A stretch of DNA of 62,372 nt, filler included. It is 4 parts of 4 records of this genome, joined end to end, with 100 filler letters (N's around TTAATTAATTAA, not from the genome) between each part and the next. Parts side by side here need not be neighbours in the genome. Positions count along the whole stretch, not along the records: positions 34,771 to 51,875 come from DRR378314_1397; positions 51,976 to 62,372 come from DRR378314_1398; 2 more parts are not named here. One strand, given 5' to 3'. The notes under the pieces are model-generated. The model worked only from the letters and a program-made list of their open reading frames with translations. It searched no databases and was not told the DNA's origin. Below, one piece after another: positions 50,462 through 62,372 of this stretch (positions within the stretch are counted from its first letter, which is position 1; each line of letters opens with the position of its first letter). The position numbers and the translations under genes are program-made.

Positions 50462-50755
50462 TTATAAATGTTCAATGAAGTTCATGCGTTTGCCCAAAAT
50501 CCTGATAATAAAAATTTCGTTTGCATTGTGAAATTGATAAAAAATTACATGGGCTTTATAACTGAAATATTTTAAGGAATCGGCAATTGTCGAGGCATCT
50601 TTGGCCAATTCTGGTCGTTCAGCTAGTTCTTCCAAAAAACCTTCCAGATCGAGTAAGTACTTGGTCGCTTGGTCAGGGCCAAAAAACTTTATTCCGTACT
50701 TATACATACCCACTAGGTCATATTGTGCCCTTGCAGATAAACTATAATTCCCCAT
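50462..50755 (-). CDS. parE: ParE/RelE-family toxin
   Basis: YSLSARAQYDL...YGIKFFGPDQA..Y...HVIFY...IIRILGKRM. Confidence 0.9.
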   Translation of the reverse strand: MGNYSLSARAQYDLVGMYKYGIKFFGPDQATKYLLDLEGFLEELAERPELAKDASTIADSLKYFSYKAHVIFYQFHNANEIFIIRILGKRMNFIEHL

Positions 50756-50984
50756 TATCCACTTTTGCGATAATGTCGCTTATTTTCAGATTGCTTCTTC
50801 CGCTTTGCAACCCTTCATCTATGGCAGTTTTAAGTTCTAGGAGCTTCATATTCTGTTCTTGATCCTTTCTTACCAAATCTCTTATGTATTCACTATCATT
50901 GGTAAAGTCCCCCGCCTGAACCCTAAGCTTTATCCAACCATCCTGTTGATCGGTAAAAGTGATTGATTTTCTTACTGTTTCCAT
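50742..50984 (-). CDS. parD: ParD-family RHH antitoxin
   Basis: RKSITFT...GDFTNDSEYIRDLVR...LKTAIDEGLQSG; overlaps the toxin start. Confidence 0.9.
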   Translation of the reverse strand: METVRKSITFTDQQDGWIKLRVQAGDFTNDSEYIRDLVRKDQEQNMKLLELKTAIDEGLQSGRSNLKISDIIAKVDNGEL

Positions 50985-50994
50985 AATTTTAAAT

Positions 50995-51026
50995 TATGGT
51001 GCAATATAGTTCTTTTTTGCACCATA
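50995..51026. promoter_or_regulatory. Probable ParDE autorepression operator
   Basis: Perfect 10-bp inverted repeat TATGGTGCAA / TTGCACCATA 10 nt upstream of the parD start. Confidence 0.6.
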
Positions 51027-51066
51027 TTCAAAAATACTTGTTTTCTAACCACCCTTTATTTGAATT

Positions 51067-51378
51067 TTAAGCTTTGTTTAATTTTCTGATTCGGTTTGCG
51101 ATTTTCTCGATGCCCTTGCGCTCTCCCGTCTCGATATATCTTGCGGCAAAGGTATTGCAAGAATTGCACAACCCTTTTAAAATAACGTCATTAAGGTTAT
51201 TTAGATAACTTTTATAGTTGACCAACTTTTTACTTTGGGCACCACAATTACAAAATATAGAGTTCACCGCAATTTCTATGTCCTCTTTATATGAAGGACC
51301 AAACATTATTTGCAATTGAAAGGAATCTATTTCAACTTCATCATCATGAATTATATGATTGGTTCTTTTTATGGTCAT
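51067..51378 (-). CDS. Hypothetical protein with possible Zn-binding Cys pairs
   Basis: FCNCG and LCNSCN motifs. Confidence 0.6.
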   Translation of the reverse strand: MTIKRTNHIIHDDEVEIDSFQLQIMFGPSYKEDIEIAVNSIFCNCGAQSKKLVNYKSYLNNLNDVILKGLCNSCNTFAARYIETGERKGIEKIANRIRKLNKA

Positions 51379-51427
51379 GTAATATCGTTTATTTAGACTT
51401 TATGTTTCGGGATTACTTCACCCCAAT

Positions 51428-51616
51428 TTAGATTTTTTGATTTGGAAGCGTGCCTAAGGGTTTGGGCTCCGGAAAATCGCATGGGACTTCAATTTCCTGT
51501 TCGTGCAATAATCCACCACCAATTTTATCAATCCTTGTACATTCTTCCTCTATTGTGCAACCAACTAATGTAAGAATAACAAAGCTTATTATGCCTTGAG
51601 CAACTTTATATCTCAT
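51428..51616 (-). CDS. Small hypothetical lipoprotein
   Basis: Lipobox LVGC, 62 aa. Confidence 0.5.
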   Translation of the reverse strand: MRYKVAQGIISFVILTLVGCTIEEECTRIDKIGGGLLHEQEIEVPCDFPEPKPLGTLPNQKI

Positions 51617-51631
51617 GTTCTTGATAATCGT

Positions 51632-51841
51632 TTAATTAGACTTTGACCGATTATAATTATCAATTAATGCTTCCGACACGATTTGAGCCTTTTCATCGCT
51701 TATGCAATCAAAAGTAATTTTTTGGGTGGTGGTAAATTCTTTTAGCAGCCTTATGACATCCTCTGTGGTCAGAAAACCATTCTCGTTTAAATTGTCCAAT
51801 ATATCACTATATCTATGAGACCTATATCCATCTTCTAACAT
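51632..51841 (-). CDS. Hypothetical protein
   Basis: 69-aa ORF co-oriented with neighbours. Confidence 0.45.
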   Translation of the reverse strand: MLEDGYRSHRYSDILDNLNENGFLTTEDVIRLLKEFTTTQKITFDCISDEKAQIVSEALIDNYNRSKSN

Positions 51842-51875
51842 TTCGTTATTTTAAACTTTGAATTCCGCCCATAGC

Positions 51876-51975
51876 NNNNNNNNNNNNNNNNNNNNNNNNN
51901 NNNNNNNNNNNNNNNNNNNTTAATTAATTAANNNNNNNNNNNNNNNNNNNNNNNNNNNNNNNNNNNNNNNNNNNN
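51876..51975. other. Artificial contig linker
   Basis: N run containing TTAATTAATTAA. Confidence 0.98.
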
Positions 51976-52547
51976 GCGGCGAGCCGGAGGAGGACAGGAA
52001 ATGCCCGCTCCTTGCGGACTGTGTGCTCAGAGAGCTGTGTTCTTGCGGAACAGGCGCCGCCACATGCGCTGTGTAGGCACGAGCACAGCAGCACAATGCC
52101 CTCCCGTGATGCCCAGCAGCCATTCCCGACACAAAATCACCCGTGCAATGCTGACGCAATGTCTCGCGTACGATGTGTGCAGAGTAATACGCAAGAGCCC
52201 TTGGCCCGGCAAAGTAGCAACGCAAGTGCGATCAAGCACACGCCCGCGCGTGCCAAAGCCTGAGGAGCAAGAACGACGTGGGCCCCTTGGGCGAAGCCTC
52301 GCTACCCGGCATATCATACAAGAAGTACACGATCCTACGATCGCACCACAGCAGACACTATCAGCGTTTCCTGCAACGACGAACACCACCAGCAACGACG
52401 CGGCCGTGGCGCACACACAATGCCAAACCCCCGGAAATTTCTCTGGCACTTGCGCAATATTTCCTCGTTATTGCACCGATATACGACCAATGTGATGCCC
52501 GCAATCGTTTCGTAACGGTGCGGGAGGGAAATGAACACTGCGCATAC

Positions 52548-52664
52548 CTTGACAGTGTCGAAAGGATGGCCAGAAACCACCTGTGCAAAGCCGGCAAGCG
52601 TTCCGGCCGCCAGGTCGACCCAACCCTCGTGTAGCCAGCCAATCACGCGCGAAAAAGACTCCAT
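52548..52664 (-). CDS. First exon of a mitochondrial carrier (SLC25) gene
   Basis: MESFSRVIGWLHEGWVDLAAGTLAGFAQVVSGHPFDTVK with the Px[DE]xx[KR] motif, followed by donor AAG|GTATGC; later exons not resolved. Confidence 0.8.
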
Positions 52665-53549
52665 GGCTTGCAATTACAATAGCAGAGGAAATACGAATAC
52701 GAATACACCAAACCCTCGAAAAAAGCAGAGCAAACAAAGCAATATACACACCCACAGGATCTACCTTCGCCTTCGACGCAGCATGGAGAACCGCGTGCAG
52801 CACACTTCGGTCAAAGAGCAAGCCGCTGGCTGCGAGCCCGGGAAATTCTCCGCTCTGAAAATCCGCGATCTGCTGGCTACTCCACGGCGTAGCAAGCGGT
52901 CTCGAGAACCACCTTGAAAATCGAAACGATACTTCTACCAAACTTCAACCAGCTAATAATAAGAAACTACGCTACTTTCCCAGAAATCTGAAGGGCCGTT
53001 GAGCGAAACGCGCGGGTGAAGTAAGCTGCAAATCCAGCACTGTCAAAGCGCAGGTGGCAGCAACGCCCACGAAACTGCTCCGCGCGCGGAGAAAACATTC
53101 TATATTAACCCTAGTGTGCCAAGGAACCGCCGCGCACCTCCTCGACGCCGTACGAACGCGTGACACGCACGGACGAGCGAAAGAGCGCTTCGCTCCAAGC
53201 GCCGTCACAATACTTGAAAATAAATGATACGACGGTTCTCCCGTTCATCGTATAAGCGAGCGGATATTATAGAGCCTATGTTCAATACGATAGAGTTGCA
53301 GGTGGCAACAAAAAAAAAGAAACAGGTACGTTTCTTTATTCACATTTTGTGAGGTGAACGCTTGACAGGACTTTCCCGAGCGCACGACAACCGTCGACGA
53401 ACAACGAGCAGACCAGAAGCGGCTTTCTCATTCTTTTTTGTGCAATCCTTTACAATGTATGCGAGATACACAAGATTTTAAGGCAGCTCGTGCAAGGCAT
53501 TACATTAGCTGTCGCCTGCAAAGCCGCAAAGTTGGTGGCGATACCCACG

Positions 53550-55954
53550 CTACAGGTCTCCTGCTTGCCTTCCTAGTCTCACCAGAGCATCGCGTTCGGC
53601 CTGCAAGAAGCAGAGGCAGTGGACGTAATAGACTCATCATATTACATTGCGCGCACTCTGTAGACCCAATAACGAGCAAATGCAGGCCACATAAAAAATA
53701 TATCCGCTCTGGAATTGTCAAGCATTTGGCACACACCCCAGAGAAGCGGCGTTCAACACGAATACCAACGGCCCTTTTTGCAGATGCAGCAGAGGAGCAG
53801 GAACCGCTTTCCCCACCACACCAGTTCGCGACTGCAACGTGACCGTGGCGCGTACCTGGCGTTCTCTTTCTTGGTTCGCACGCACAGCGGGACATCCGCC
53901 GACAGCATGCCGAGAAAGTTTCATTGGAGCTGGCAATTTCCATGACGCGGGCTCTCCCTGCAGTAGGCGCAAGAATGCACACGGCAATCGGCGGCAGGAG
54001 CCCGTCGTTGCGCGGATGTGCGATTGCTCAGCACCTCAATTGACGGACAATGCACGTTGCAGCACAATGAGAATAGACGAGTCGATTCGCACCGCTCGGA
54101 AACATCACGCTCGTATTCAAACTTGCACATACCACAAAGGCTCGCGCAATATTCGCGCGGTGTATCAAATCCATGCGTCGGGCATCAGAGACAGAGTCTG
54201 ACTGGATGAGGCTTGTCAGTCGCTCGAGCTCTTGCTGCAGTCCACCTTTCCCGCTGCTTATGCGATCCATCGTTTTCTCATACGCAGCAATGATGGTGCT
54301 GTTCATGCAATCATGGGGAGGCACACCGTGTTTGGAAAACAAGTATTTACTTTTATGTCAGTACGAAAAGTGTTCGGCTTCACAAAGGCGGATCGGTAAA
54401 AGCGAATCTGGTGCATTCCTTCCCTCTTCGCACGCTTCTGCGCGTTCGGAAACTTTTGTCAAACCATCGACTTCAGCTCACGAGCGCTGCAGAAACAGCT
54501 GTTACCTACCCACAACGATTAAGAGAGAAGAGGCTGGAGAGTACGCACACGAGCGCAGCCATTGTACTAAGCACGCGCGACGAGTGGCGAAACGAGCCTC
54601 GGGTATCATCAGATGTGGCGACACTATGTGAACACTTGCACATTGTACTGTAGACGCATACCCAATGAGCGGCCCATATCATTTGATCGCTTTGACGCGC
54701 TAGCGATGTTCGCTGCCACTGCGTTTGAGTCCCCGTGATACACGCTGCGCGGTGCGGGAAGCAGCGCGCCTGCCCGCGAACCAAAGAAAAGGAACCTTGC
54801 TGCCAAGAAACTGCTGCAGCAGTCATCCAAGTGCCCATAAGGAACGTTGGATCATTGAGTGGATAAAACGCTGAGATTTCAAGCCGTCAGACCACCATAT
54901 CAAGGCGCACACGCCGAACGCGAACCTTTTGAAAGGATTCGTTGTCGGAACGATTGTCTGGAGTGTGCCAAGGACTTGCGAGCGCAACTCGGGCGTGATT
55001 TCCTCAGCCGAGAGCCTCCCATTTACCATTTTTTCTACCTCCTTGTACCTTCCAGCACTTGGGAGCGGAAGCCTGCGGCAATTCGTGTGCAACACAAAAC
55101 AAACACCCGCAAAAGGCGCGTCTTTGAGGCTGATTTATCTGCAGAATGAATCGAATCCCTCGCAGTATGACGCGAGCAGTGCGCCGCGCTTGGAAGGGTT
55201 ACGCTTACGTCTCGCCTGGCCCTGCCAGAGAGCGCAGTGACAAGAAAACCACGGGACCAGGGATGCACTCAAGGCCGCCACACAACTTTGCATCGCGGGC
55301 CGTAGGAAGTTACAGCTTTCTTGTAAATCGAGAGAAACAGGCGACTGATGTCTCTTGCTCCTGACATATGTCGAATTCAGCAGCGATTTCGCAAGAGTGA
55401 GCCAAGATACTCACCAGTGCGACTCACAATTGGAAAGGAACAATTGCAGAATTACGTGCGTACCCTGTGAAAGAAAGTCTTGCGCCGGTCTTTGCGTTTA
55501 AGAACGCAATTACCTGTGCAAACTTGTGTTGATAGGAGTACTTGATGCTCGTGATTTCTCCTTCCTCGTTTTTCGAGGAGAAGAAGACTTGTGGCACGGT
55601 CTTGATTTCCGAGCTGTCGATCGACAGCAACTTCAGCGCCGCTTCGTGGGTTCGACAGTCCAAACGTGTCGTATGCACCACCACACTTTGCACAGGCTCG
55701 TATCGTTTCTGAACCTCTTTGATATCAGGATAAAAACCCTCTGAAAATGCACAGTTTTTCTGGTACGCAAAGAAAAGCACGTAGCGCCCGGCATTGAGAT
55801 CGCGGCGAATCGCACTTACGTCAGCACATTCCGGAATGCCCTGCACTTCCTTCAGAATATGTGTGTCTTCGTCATCGGTTCCACGCACAGCAGCGATACA
55901 GAACGTGAGAATAACAATCCATCGTGAGAAAGAACTCTTACAAGGAAACTTCAT
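53550..55954 (-). CDS. Spliced ERp29/PDI-D-like ER protein (thioredoxin-like domain plus helical D domain)
   Basis: Exon 55954-55464 (signal peptide, CAFS site, FLNAKTG) splices in phase to 55072-~54913 (LPLPSAGR); exon ending 54133 reads YEKTMDRISSGKGGLQQELERLTSLI...ANIARAF; middle and last exons tentative. Confidence 0.62.
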
Positions 55955-57117
55955 TATTGCTCGCACTGACGAGGAGGAGAAAGAAAGCAAGTACAGAGCT
56001 AGTAAAGACCAGCAGGAAACCAGCAAATACCGCGACGTCGTGACTGCAGCCCTGGAGCGCAAGCTCACTGACGCAGTGCTTGGCAATCGTAAAAAGTACA
56101 TGAAAACAACCCTACTACGCAAAACAGAATCCCAGTCGCTGCTATTTGCCCACATATCCTTGAGAAGCATTGCTCGTGACGGCCCTTTTGGGGGGATTCA
56201 TGAGTGCAGAGCCTTTCACTTGCGTAGCAACTTCGCGCAACAATGGGGCAGTTGCAACTTCAATACGCCAACCTCAGTGCTGTAGCCGGGGACGAGTGAA
56301 TGCTCCAGGCGAGAAAGCACAGCGAGTTGCAACGACAGTGATATTTGCCTATCACATTTGCGTGATCCAAGAACCCTTGCCAAGCAAAAGGAGGCACCTT
56401 TGGACCGTACATCGGCCGCTGCACGCAAGAAGTACGCGATAGGAGAACGAGAGGGAACTAATTACGTACCGGCGTAGCAGGAAAAAGCAAAACGGCTGCG
56501 CCTGAGTGCGTGCTTTGTTGCAGAATTTGCCTTGCGTGTACACAATGGCGCGCATATTCTACTTCATAGCAACAAGGTGCTTGTGAAAGCATGTGCGAGT
56601 AGATGAAAGGAGAAGACCACACCCGACTACGAGAGTCTCGCAGCGTCGTTCCCTCAGAGTAAGGTGCGCACTGCGAAGACCTCAGAGTGAGATAGAGGGT
56701 GGTCCGCGTGAGAAAGCCAGCGCCAAAGGCAAGCACATCCATGGACCCTATATCCTGAGACTTTCACCCCCCCTGTACGCCTACTAAGAGAGACGCGAAA
56801 GGCAAGAGAAAACCCGTTGATACTTGGAGCCAGAAACGCCCCTCGTGCCGCGCCAGGCACCCTGTTGCTGCGCTCGTTCGTCACACATCCGCGTTCGCAC
56901 CTTCGTGCCAGTGAGGCGCAATTTTCGAAGGCGACAAAGTTTGAAACCAGCTTCGAAAAATGTCCCTCTCATTGTTGTAAAAGTACATCAAGCAATTATA
57001 GTAGAACAGCAAACGCTCATCGTCGGCGCACAGTAATACGCCAATAGGCTACGTCTCGGAGACGACGGACTGTGTTGCCTTTCGTATACGCGCTAACGCG
57101 CATTGCTCCGCGAAGCC

Positions 57118-60100
57118 ATGTCCAGGCACGCGTGGATAAAAGGAAAGAGAAATCAGCGCAGCCCGAGCAGTGATGCAGATGGTAAAGATGCCAAGGAAAA
57201 TTCAAGTGCACGGGCGTTACAGAGTAATAATCGCCCACTCAATCTTACCAGACGGTCGATTCTCTTGCGGACGGCGACGGAGCATGGCGGGGTCGCGAGC
57301 ACTTCAGATATACAAGAGGACGCGACCTCTCCCGACGAAGCGCCGGTACGTCCGCACTTCGTTCTCTGCATTGAAAATCTAGACAGGCATCTCTGCCGAA
57401 GAGTTTATCACTGGGAAATGGAGGGAAACTCTCTCTCTTCCTGCTCACGGCAAGGCATCTGCAATAATATGTAGCATGAAATGCAACAGTCGATTCCGTA
57501 AGCGAGAAATTGTATCCGAATTTAGAATCTGTCCAAGGACGTCAGAGAGCTAGCGGAATATGATATTGCTATGCCTGCGTCTATATAGCAGTTGGCATCA
57601 GGGAAGTTTGGCACGTTTAGCACCGAAGCAGTGCAACGCGAGCTCGTACACAAGAAGCGCGCATTTACCAGCGTGTGCGAGGGGGACTGCAGCTACAAGA
57701 ACTCATCCGATGCAATCTACACAAAACTCCCCGAAAAGCCTCAGGAACATGAAGCAGTATGCTGCGTTTTTTGTATTTACGAGTCTTTTTCATGATTAAC
57801 CAGAAAATTGGCGGATTCTGTAGCATTAAAAAAACAACACCGAGAGAAACGAAACCATACACTTGCGCATAGACAGAGGTGGTGCTTTCCTATAGTTGCC
57901 GCGCTCCGAGATTGCCCCGGGTGCACCTATTTCCTTCGTGTGCTGCCGTGCCATTGATAGCACAAGTTGCGCCATACAAAAGTATTTAGTGGTTCTGTAG
58001 ATAGCTAGGTACAAGAAATTTTGCAGAAAGTAGCCATTCACCTTGGGAAGCGGTCCACAACGTCACAGCACCTAGTGGCTAGTCGCGCGTTGGCTTCGCA
58101 GTATGAAAGTCGCACTCAAACCCAAATTGCAGCTGTTCTACTCAGAAGACACAAGCGTTATACAAAATTTAATCACATCACATCATACAGAAGGCAAAGA
58201 AAAACATTTCTCGTACAGTTTTTTGTGACATTGACGAGGAAGGAGAACGTTTTTGTTACTTGCGCATCATGCTCCCGACATGAACTTGCTTTCTCCTCAT
58301 TCGATTCCACCAGAAAAACAACGGTGTGCTCAGTTAGAAACACGAGAGTAGATTGTCCATTTTTGAAGATATACAGCTCAACGACAGTAGAGACCGTCTA
58401 AGTGGAGTAGAATATTGTAGCAATGGGCACAATAGGCTGGAGGTTTCATTGGGACGGAGAGCAGGGCACAGGCACTGCAACCTCGCAAGTTTACGAAAGC
58501 GCGCCAGACGCCAGCCCACTTCTGTTTTTCGCGGGTCCATTCACGCGTTGTATTCTTCAGCAAAGATGCATAAGAAGAAATTCACAAGTGCCATGTGGCG
58601 GTGTTTTGTGAGCTACCGCAGCGCTACTACACGAGAGAGATTCCCTTGCAGCCAAGCCGCCCGCGGACCTTCCCGCCCGCTGCAGCACCCAGGCGAACTC
58701 TGCACCGACTGTGTCGCAAAGCTGCCCAGGCGCAAAATGCAGTCACCAGAGCTTGTCAAAAAGCTGTTTCATCCATTGTCGATCTCATGATTTATTGTCT
58801 TTTCTATGTTTTGGAACGCAGGAGAAGGGACATTTGGATACGTACATCCTCTCGTTCATTGGTATTCCCGTTGCAGTTGTTGTCCTTGTTTTCGTGGCGT
58901 ACGGCTTCGACGCAGGTGCGTGCGCGAGCGTGCTCCGGCGCGTGGCTCGTTCGTTCAGTAGCGCACGCTCCTTCACTACCGGGAAAGGAAGAGGATATTT
59001 TCGTTTGTACATATGATTAATGCAGCAAGTAGTGACACTGTAACCTGATGTACAGGGTAAATGAGTGAGCTACAAGCTACGCAGCCGGAAAAATTCAGTT
59101 AGTCTGTTTGTGGGCGGCCAGCTAGGATGCAAGTGGAAGAGACTCATGGCGATAACCCTTTGCGTGAAATTTCTATAATTAGTATCATAACTCTGAAATC
59201 GGAAGAAGGGGGGTTTAGCCGTTAATCGTGCGCCTTACCGTAAGGGAGAGGACGAGGACGAAGAATAGGTGCTCTACAAGCTAAGGCGATATGATGAATC
59301 TACCTGCGACGTGCGACATTTCACATTTGCGTGACTCGACATACATGCGCAGGAACCATTGACGGTGCTTCAGGAATATCATTCGATCAATTTATCGGAG
59401 ACTACTTGGTTCTCGATGACACGCAGAGCCGGGCGTTGGTGGGAATTCTTGCCCAGATAATGGCAGCCATACTGGGGATCATCCTTACCGTGTCTGCCAT
59501 TGCTGTCCAGCTCGCAGCTGGAAGGTTTACGAGCCATATCACTCGCCTTTTCTTCCGGGACAAGACCGTTGTCGTCAACCTTACTTTCTTCACATCATCA
59601 CTGGTGTACATGTTGTTCTTATTCTGGAGCATTGGAAAATCGATTCGGTGGCGATGGGGCATTCTCTTCGGTGTCCTATTTCTGGTATGATGACTCATTC
59701 ACCTGCGTGATACTAACGGCCCACAGACCATTATCAGCACCTCGTCGTCGAACTTCCACCCCCAGGACAGCGGCTCGAGCACAAAAAGAGAGCGCCCCTT
59801 TGTGAAACGTATCAGATATTCCCGGTATCTTGCTGCCGGTTCCTTGAGCAACCACATACTTATCCTGGCTATCCATCGGATCGCCGTATCGCACAAATCG
59901 TGTGCGCCCACATTGCAGATGCAGGAACACTGTGCATTTGTTCTGTTTCTCGTGCTTTCTTGCTCATTTACGAAACGTTCCTCTCGGTCGCATCTTGTCT
60001 TCTTCCAGGTGGGATCCGTTCTTGAGATGTTCCCGTACTTCGTTTATCTGTTCGACTTCCTCAACCCAGAAAAAATCATTCGAATTATCATGGAGAATGG

Positions 60101-62215
60101 TGTGCAAGCTGCAGCACCACCATCGACAACCGAGGACAATCAGTCAAACGGCGATGCGTCAACGCTCAATGCAAAGCAGCTACAGGTACGTAAGCAAATA
60201 TGCCACTTTCCAAATCCTTACACTTGATGCTCAACGCGAGAAACAAGTGCACGACGTCAAGTTCAAAACCGGATGTACGGGAGGCGACCTATCGAAATGG
60301 CAATAAAGGTGCATTGTCAAACCAAAACCAGGTGTCGTCGCCCAAGCTTACAGTGCCACTGCCCGTCCTGTTTTCATTTCCTCCGACCTCTCTCCTCACA
60401 TTTCTCGTAATTTCCTAGGCTGTTAACTCGATCGAAAATCTCTCCGTGCTGGCATTAGACGCAATTCAACAGAAGAACAAGCGTATCGCTCAACGGGTTC
60501 TCGACGCCATGTGCAGTATGGCGGTCCGCTATGGCAGCAGCAAAGGTCACTGGCACAAGGACTGGTTCCGAGTATCCGAATGGAACAGGTGAGGACATCA
60601 AACACAAAAACAAGATCGCTCTCACTCGCCATTTCGAATGTCTGAGGCATTGCGAAAGCAGTCTCGGGTAGACGAAGTCCCAACTGCTGATGCCGCTGCC
60701 GCCGATTGGCGAACAGGGGCGACCGAGCTCTCAGTTAGCGTAGATGCACCTGTGTACGCTGTTGCGAATTGAACTTTCTTCGCACACATGCCGCATCCGT
60801 AGCGATACGTAACCTTATGCGATTGTTTATTTCTACTGCATACACCTTGGGGAAAGGGTTCTAATTCAAAAATGCACGATTCCATGCCGCTTTTGATCGT
60901 GCGAGCAGAGAGTCTCCAGATTTCATTTCGCTTTCAGAAGACGCTGTGAGCGACCTACAGAAACGCGAAATCTGGCTAGAATGGAAAATTCTTCGACAGT
61001 ATCAGGTTAGTACAAGCTATCATAAGCCGTTCATATATTGACCGCAAGCTTCCCGAAAAAGCAGGCAGCCTTGCGGAGGTTGAAGCAAGATTGAAGGTTA
61101 CCCCTTCCTTCGCGGAAAAATAGTCCTAGCTCCTCATTCCCACAAGGCCCAGGCACCAGCGCAGGAATCTTGCACCTATAGAGATTTATATACTAATAAC
61201 TGGCACTCGGAAGCATCTAAAATCGCATTTCTACGCAAGAGGAACGTCATTGTTGACACTCAGACTGCTGACATTGAGCCAACTCAAAGCTCCATCGTTC
61301 CTATGAGGATGCTTCGCAGGCTGCAATGTGCAACGGGGGCGGCAGCATTGGTCCTCCGGACGTCCCGCTGCGTTCGCGCTCTGATTCGTGTATGAACGCT
61401 CTGTCGCAAAAGGCAGCACCATTACTACACATGTATCAGAAAACGCAGGTACACAAGAACCTTACATAGAGTGAATTGTTCCTGTCTTGGGACCCGTTTG
61501 CCCAACACGCAGATGCTGTACAACCAAGCTCTTGCAAGCCTAAAGGACTCGTGCTTGCTCATTGCTATCGTCACGCGTCGCTTTGCTGAAGCCGCGGCTG
61601 TGCACAATGATGTTCATGCTCTCGACTTGGCAATCAAATTTTTCAACACATATCTTCGCGCAACAATCAACGTATGTGTGTCGCGTGCAGCGGGAGTATG
61701 ATAACGAAACATGGAAAGCAGCTCTTTGCATCCTTTTTTACACCGCCAGGTGGTCTTCTTTTCAGTATCAGTGGGCCGTTTCGCACCCATTCATCAAGCT
61801 ACCGTGATCATAGGTCATCTGCTTCATTCCCAGGTTGTGTATCACGCTCGTATAGTTGCTCTTTTTTAAAATATTTTCCTTTCTTTTTTTCCCAGACCCT
61901 TGTACAAGAACGGTACCCGCGCTTAAGAGAACCTCTGGCCTGCTTTCAGCTGGAAAGTACAACCCCTAGCTTCTGCTGAGTGAAGTCCTTCGCTTGACAA
62001 GCGCCCCGATCTCGACTCCCACGATTCACTCACTGCATCAAAAATTATTTTTCTATCTTTGCGCGTCCACGCGATGTCCAGGTGTCTGATATTCGCACTG
62101 TGTACAATGTGATGCACCAGTACCGTCAACTGTGCGAGTTCCTTCTCCTCCAAAATCGAGTGCGTCCCGCTGCGGAAGCCGACGCGCTTGAAGAGAGAGC
62201 ACTTGACATCGTGCG
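57118..62215 (+). CDS. Spliced gene (at least 10 exons, 3'-incomplete) encoding a DUF2254-like membrane protein
   Basis: Exons 57118-57345, 57592-57756, 58377-58607, 58822-58915, 59353-59684, 60009-60185, 60419-60588, 60909-61005, 61513-61671, 62082-62215; all GT-AG with matching phase, ~595 codons with no stop; AIAVQLAAGRFTSHITRLFFRD and PYFVYLFDFLNPEKII motifs; first three exons least certain. Confidence 0.72.
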
Positions 62216-62372
62216 GTACGTATACGCCAGGAAGAGCGGCAGACTCTCTCCATTTATGGAATATGTACGCTTGATTGCATAACATTTGTGGTCACTGGCA
62301 TATCAATGGAGTTACTCTGCAGCAGGGCATCCGTGCATGTTCTTCTCTTTCTTTCTTTTTTTTTTTTTTTTT

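Larger units (their letters stand above)
34801..51875. mobile_element. Part of a Bacteroidota integrative conjugative element (tra region plus accessory genes)
   Basis: parA-traE-F-G-I-J-K-M-N-O-Q-like order; radC-like and TA genes; no relaxase, coupling protein or integrase on this contig. Confidence 0.88.
51976..62372. other. Eukaryotic nuclear DNA contig
   Basis: Visibly higher GC, no long bacterial ORFs, several genes interrupted by GT...AG introns, eukaryote-type families (mitochondrial carrier, ERp29-like). Confidence 0.92.

Noticed and set aside
51920-52225. ORF running into the N linker
   Set aside because: Its stop codon comes from the synthetic TTAATTAATTAA spacer
51976-62372. Dense overlapping 60-160 aa ORFs suggesting a phage or compact novel operon
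   Set aside because: Expected by chance in higher-GC DNA; the real coding signal is explained by spliced exons
62340-62372. Terminal pyrimidine/poly-T tract as a terminator or retroelement tail
   Set aside because: It lies in a presumed intron at the window end; low-complexity sequence only

Overview
This window is not one locus. It is four contigs joined by artificial 100-nt N...TTAATTAATTAA...N linkers (22283-22382, 34671-34770, 51876-51975). Contigs 1-3 look like a Flavobacteriaceae (Bacteroidota) genome. Contig 1 opens with the 3' part of tRNA-Arg(CCT), which carries a complete ~9.5 kb integrative island bounded by 21-bp att repeats. The island holds a tyrosine integrase, a C39-peptidase ABC exporter, a HlyD adaptor and a C39-like/VKOR/thioredoxin fusion. 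It also holds a 47-aa double-glycine precursor peptide missed by the ORF track (2717-2860, minus; core YGSCPGNMCWHTEHNACFPCNE). Together these look like a compact, mobile system for a disulfide-bonded secreted peptide, and this is the main finding. A CbbR-like LysR regulator with a DabB/DabA inorganic-carbon uptake operon and housekeeping genes follow. Contig 2 is mostly core genes (antiporter, MBL hydrolase, S8/M1/S41 peptidases, rnpA) plus a coupled glutamate-cysteine-ligase-like/CBS and AstE/AspA-like pair. Contig 3 is part of a Bacteroidota ICE: parA, a tra T4SS operon, a 1012-aa tandem-repeat TraQ-like lipoprotein, a radC-like JAB gene behind a long nested hairpin, a stand-alone RNAP alpha-CTD protein and ParDE. 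Contig 4 is eukaryotic DNA with GT-AG introns: a mitochondrial carrier exon, an ERp29/PDI-D-like gene and a gene of at least 10 exons resembling bacterial DUF2254 membrane proteins. Family assignments come from motif recognition; no database searches were run.
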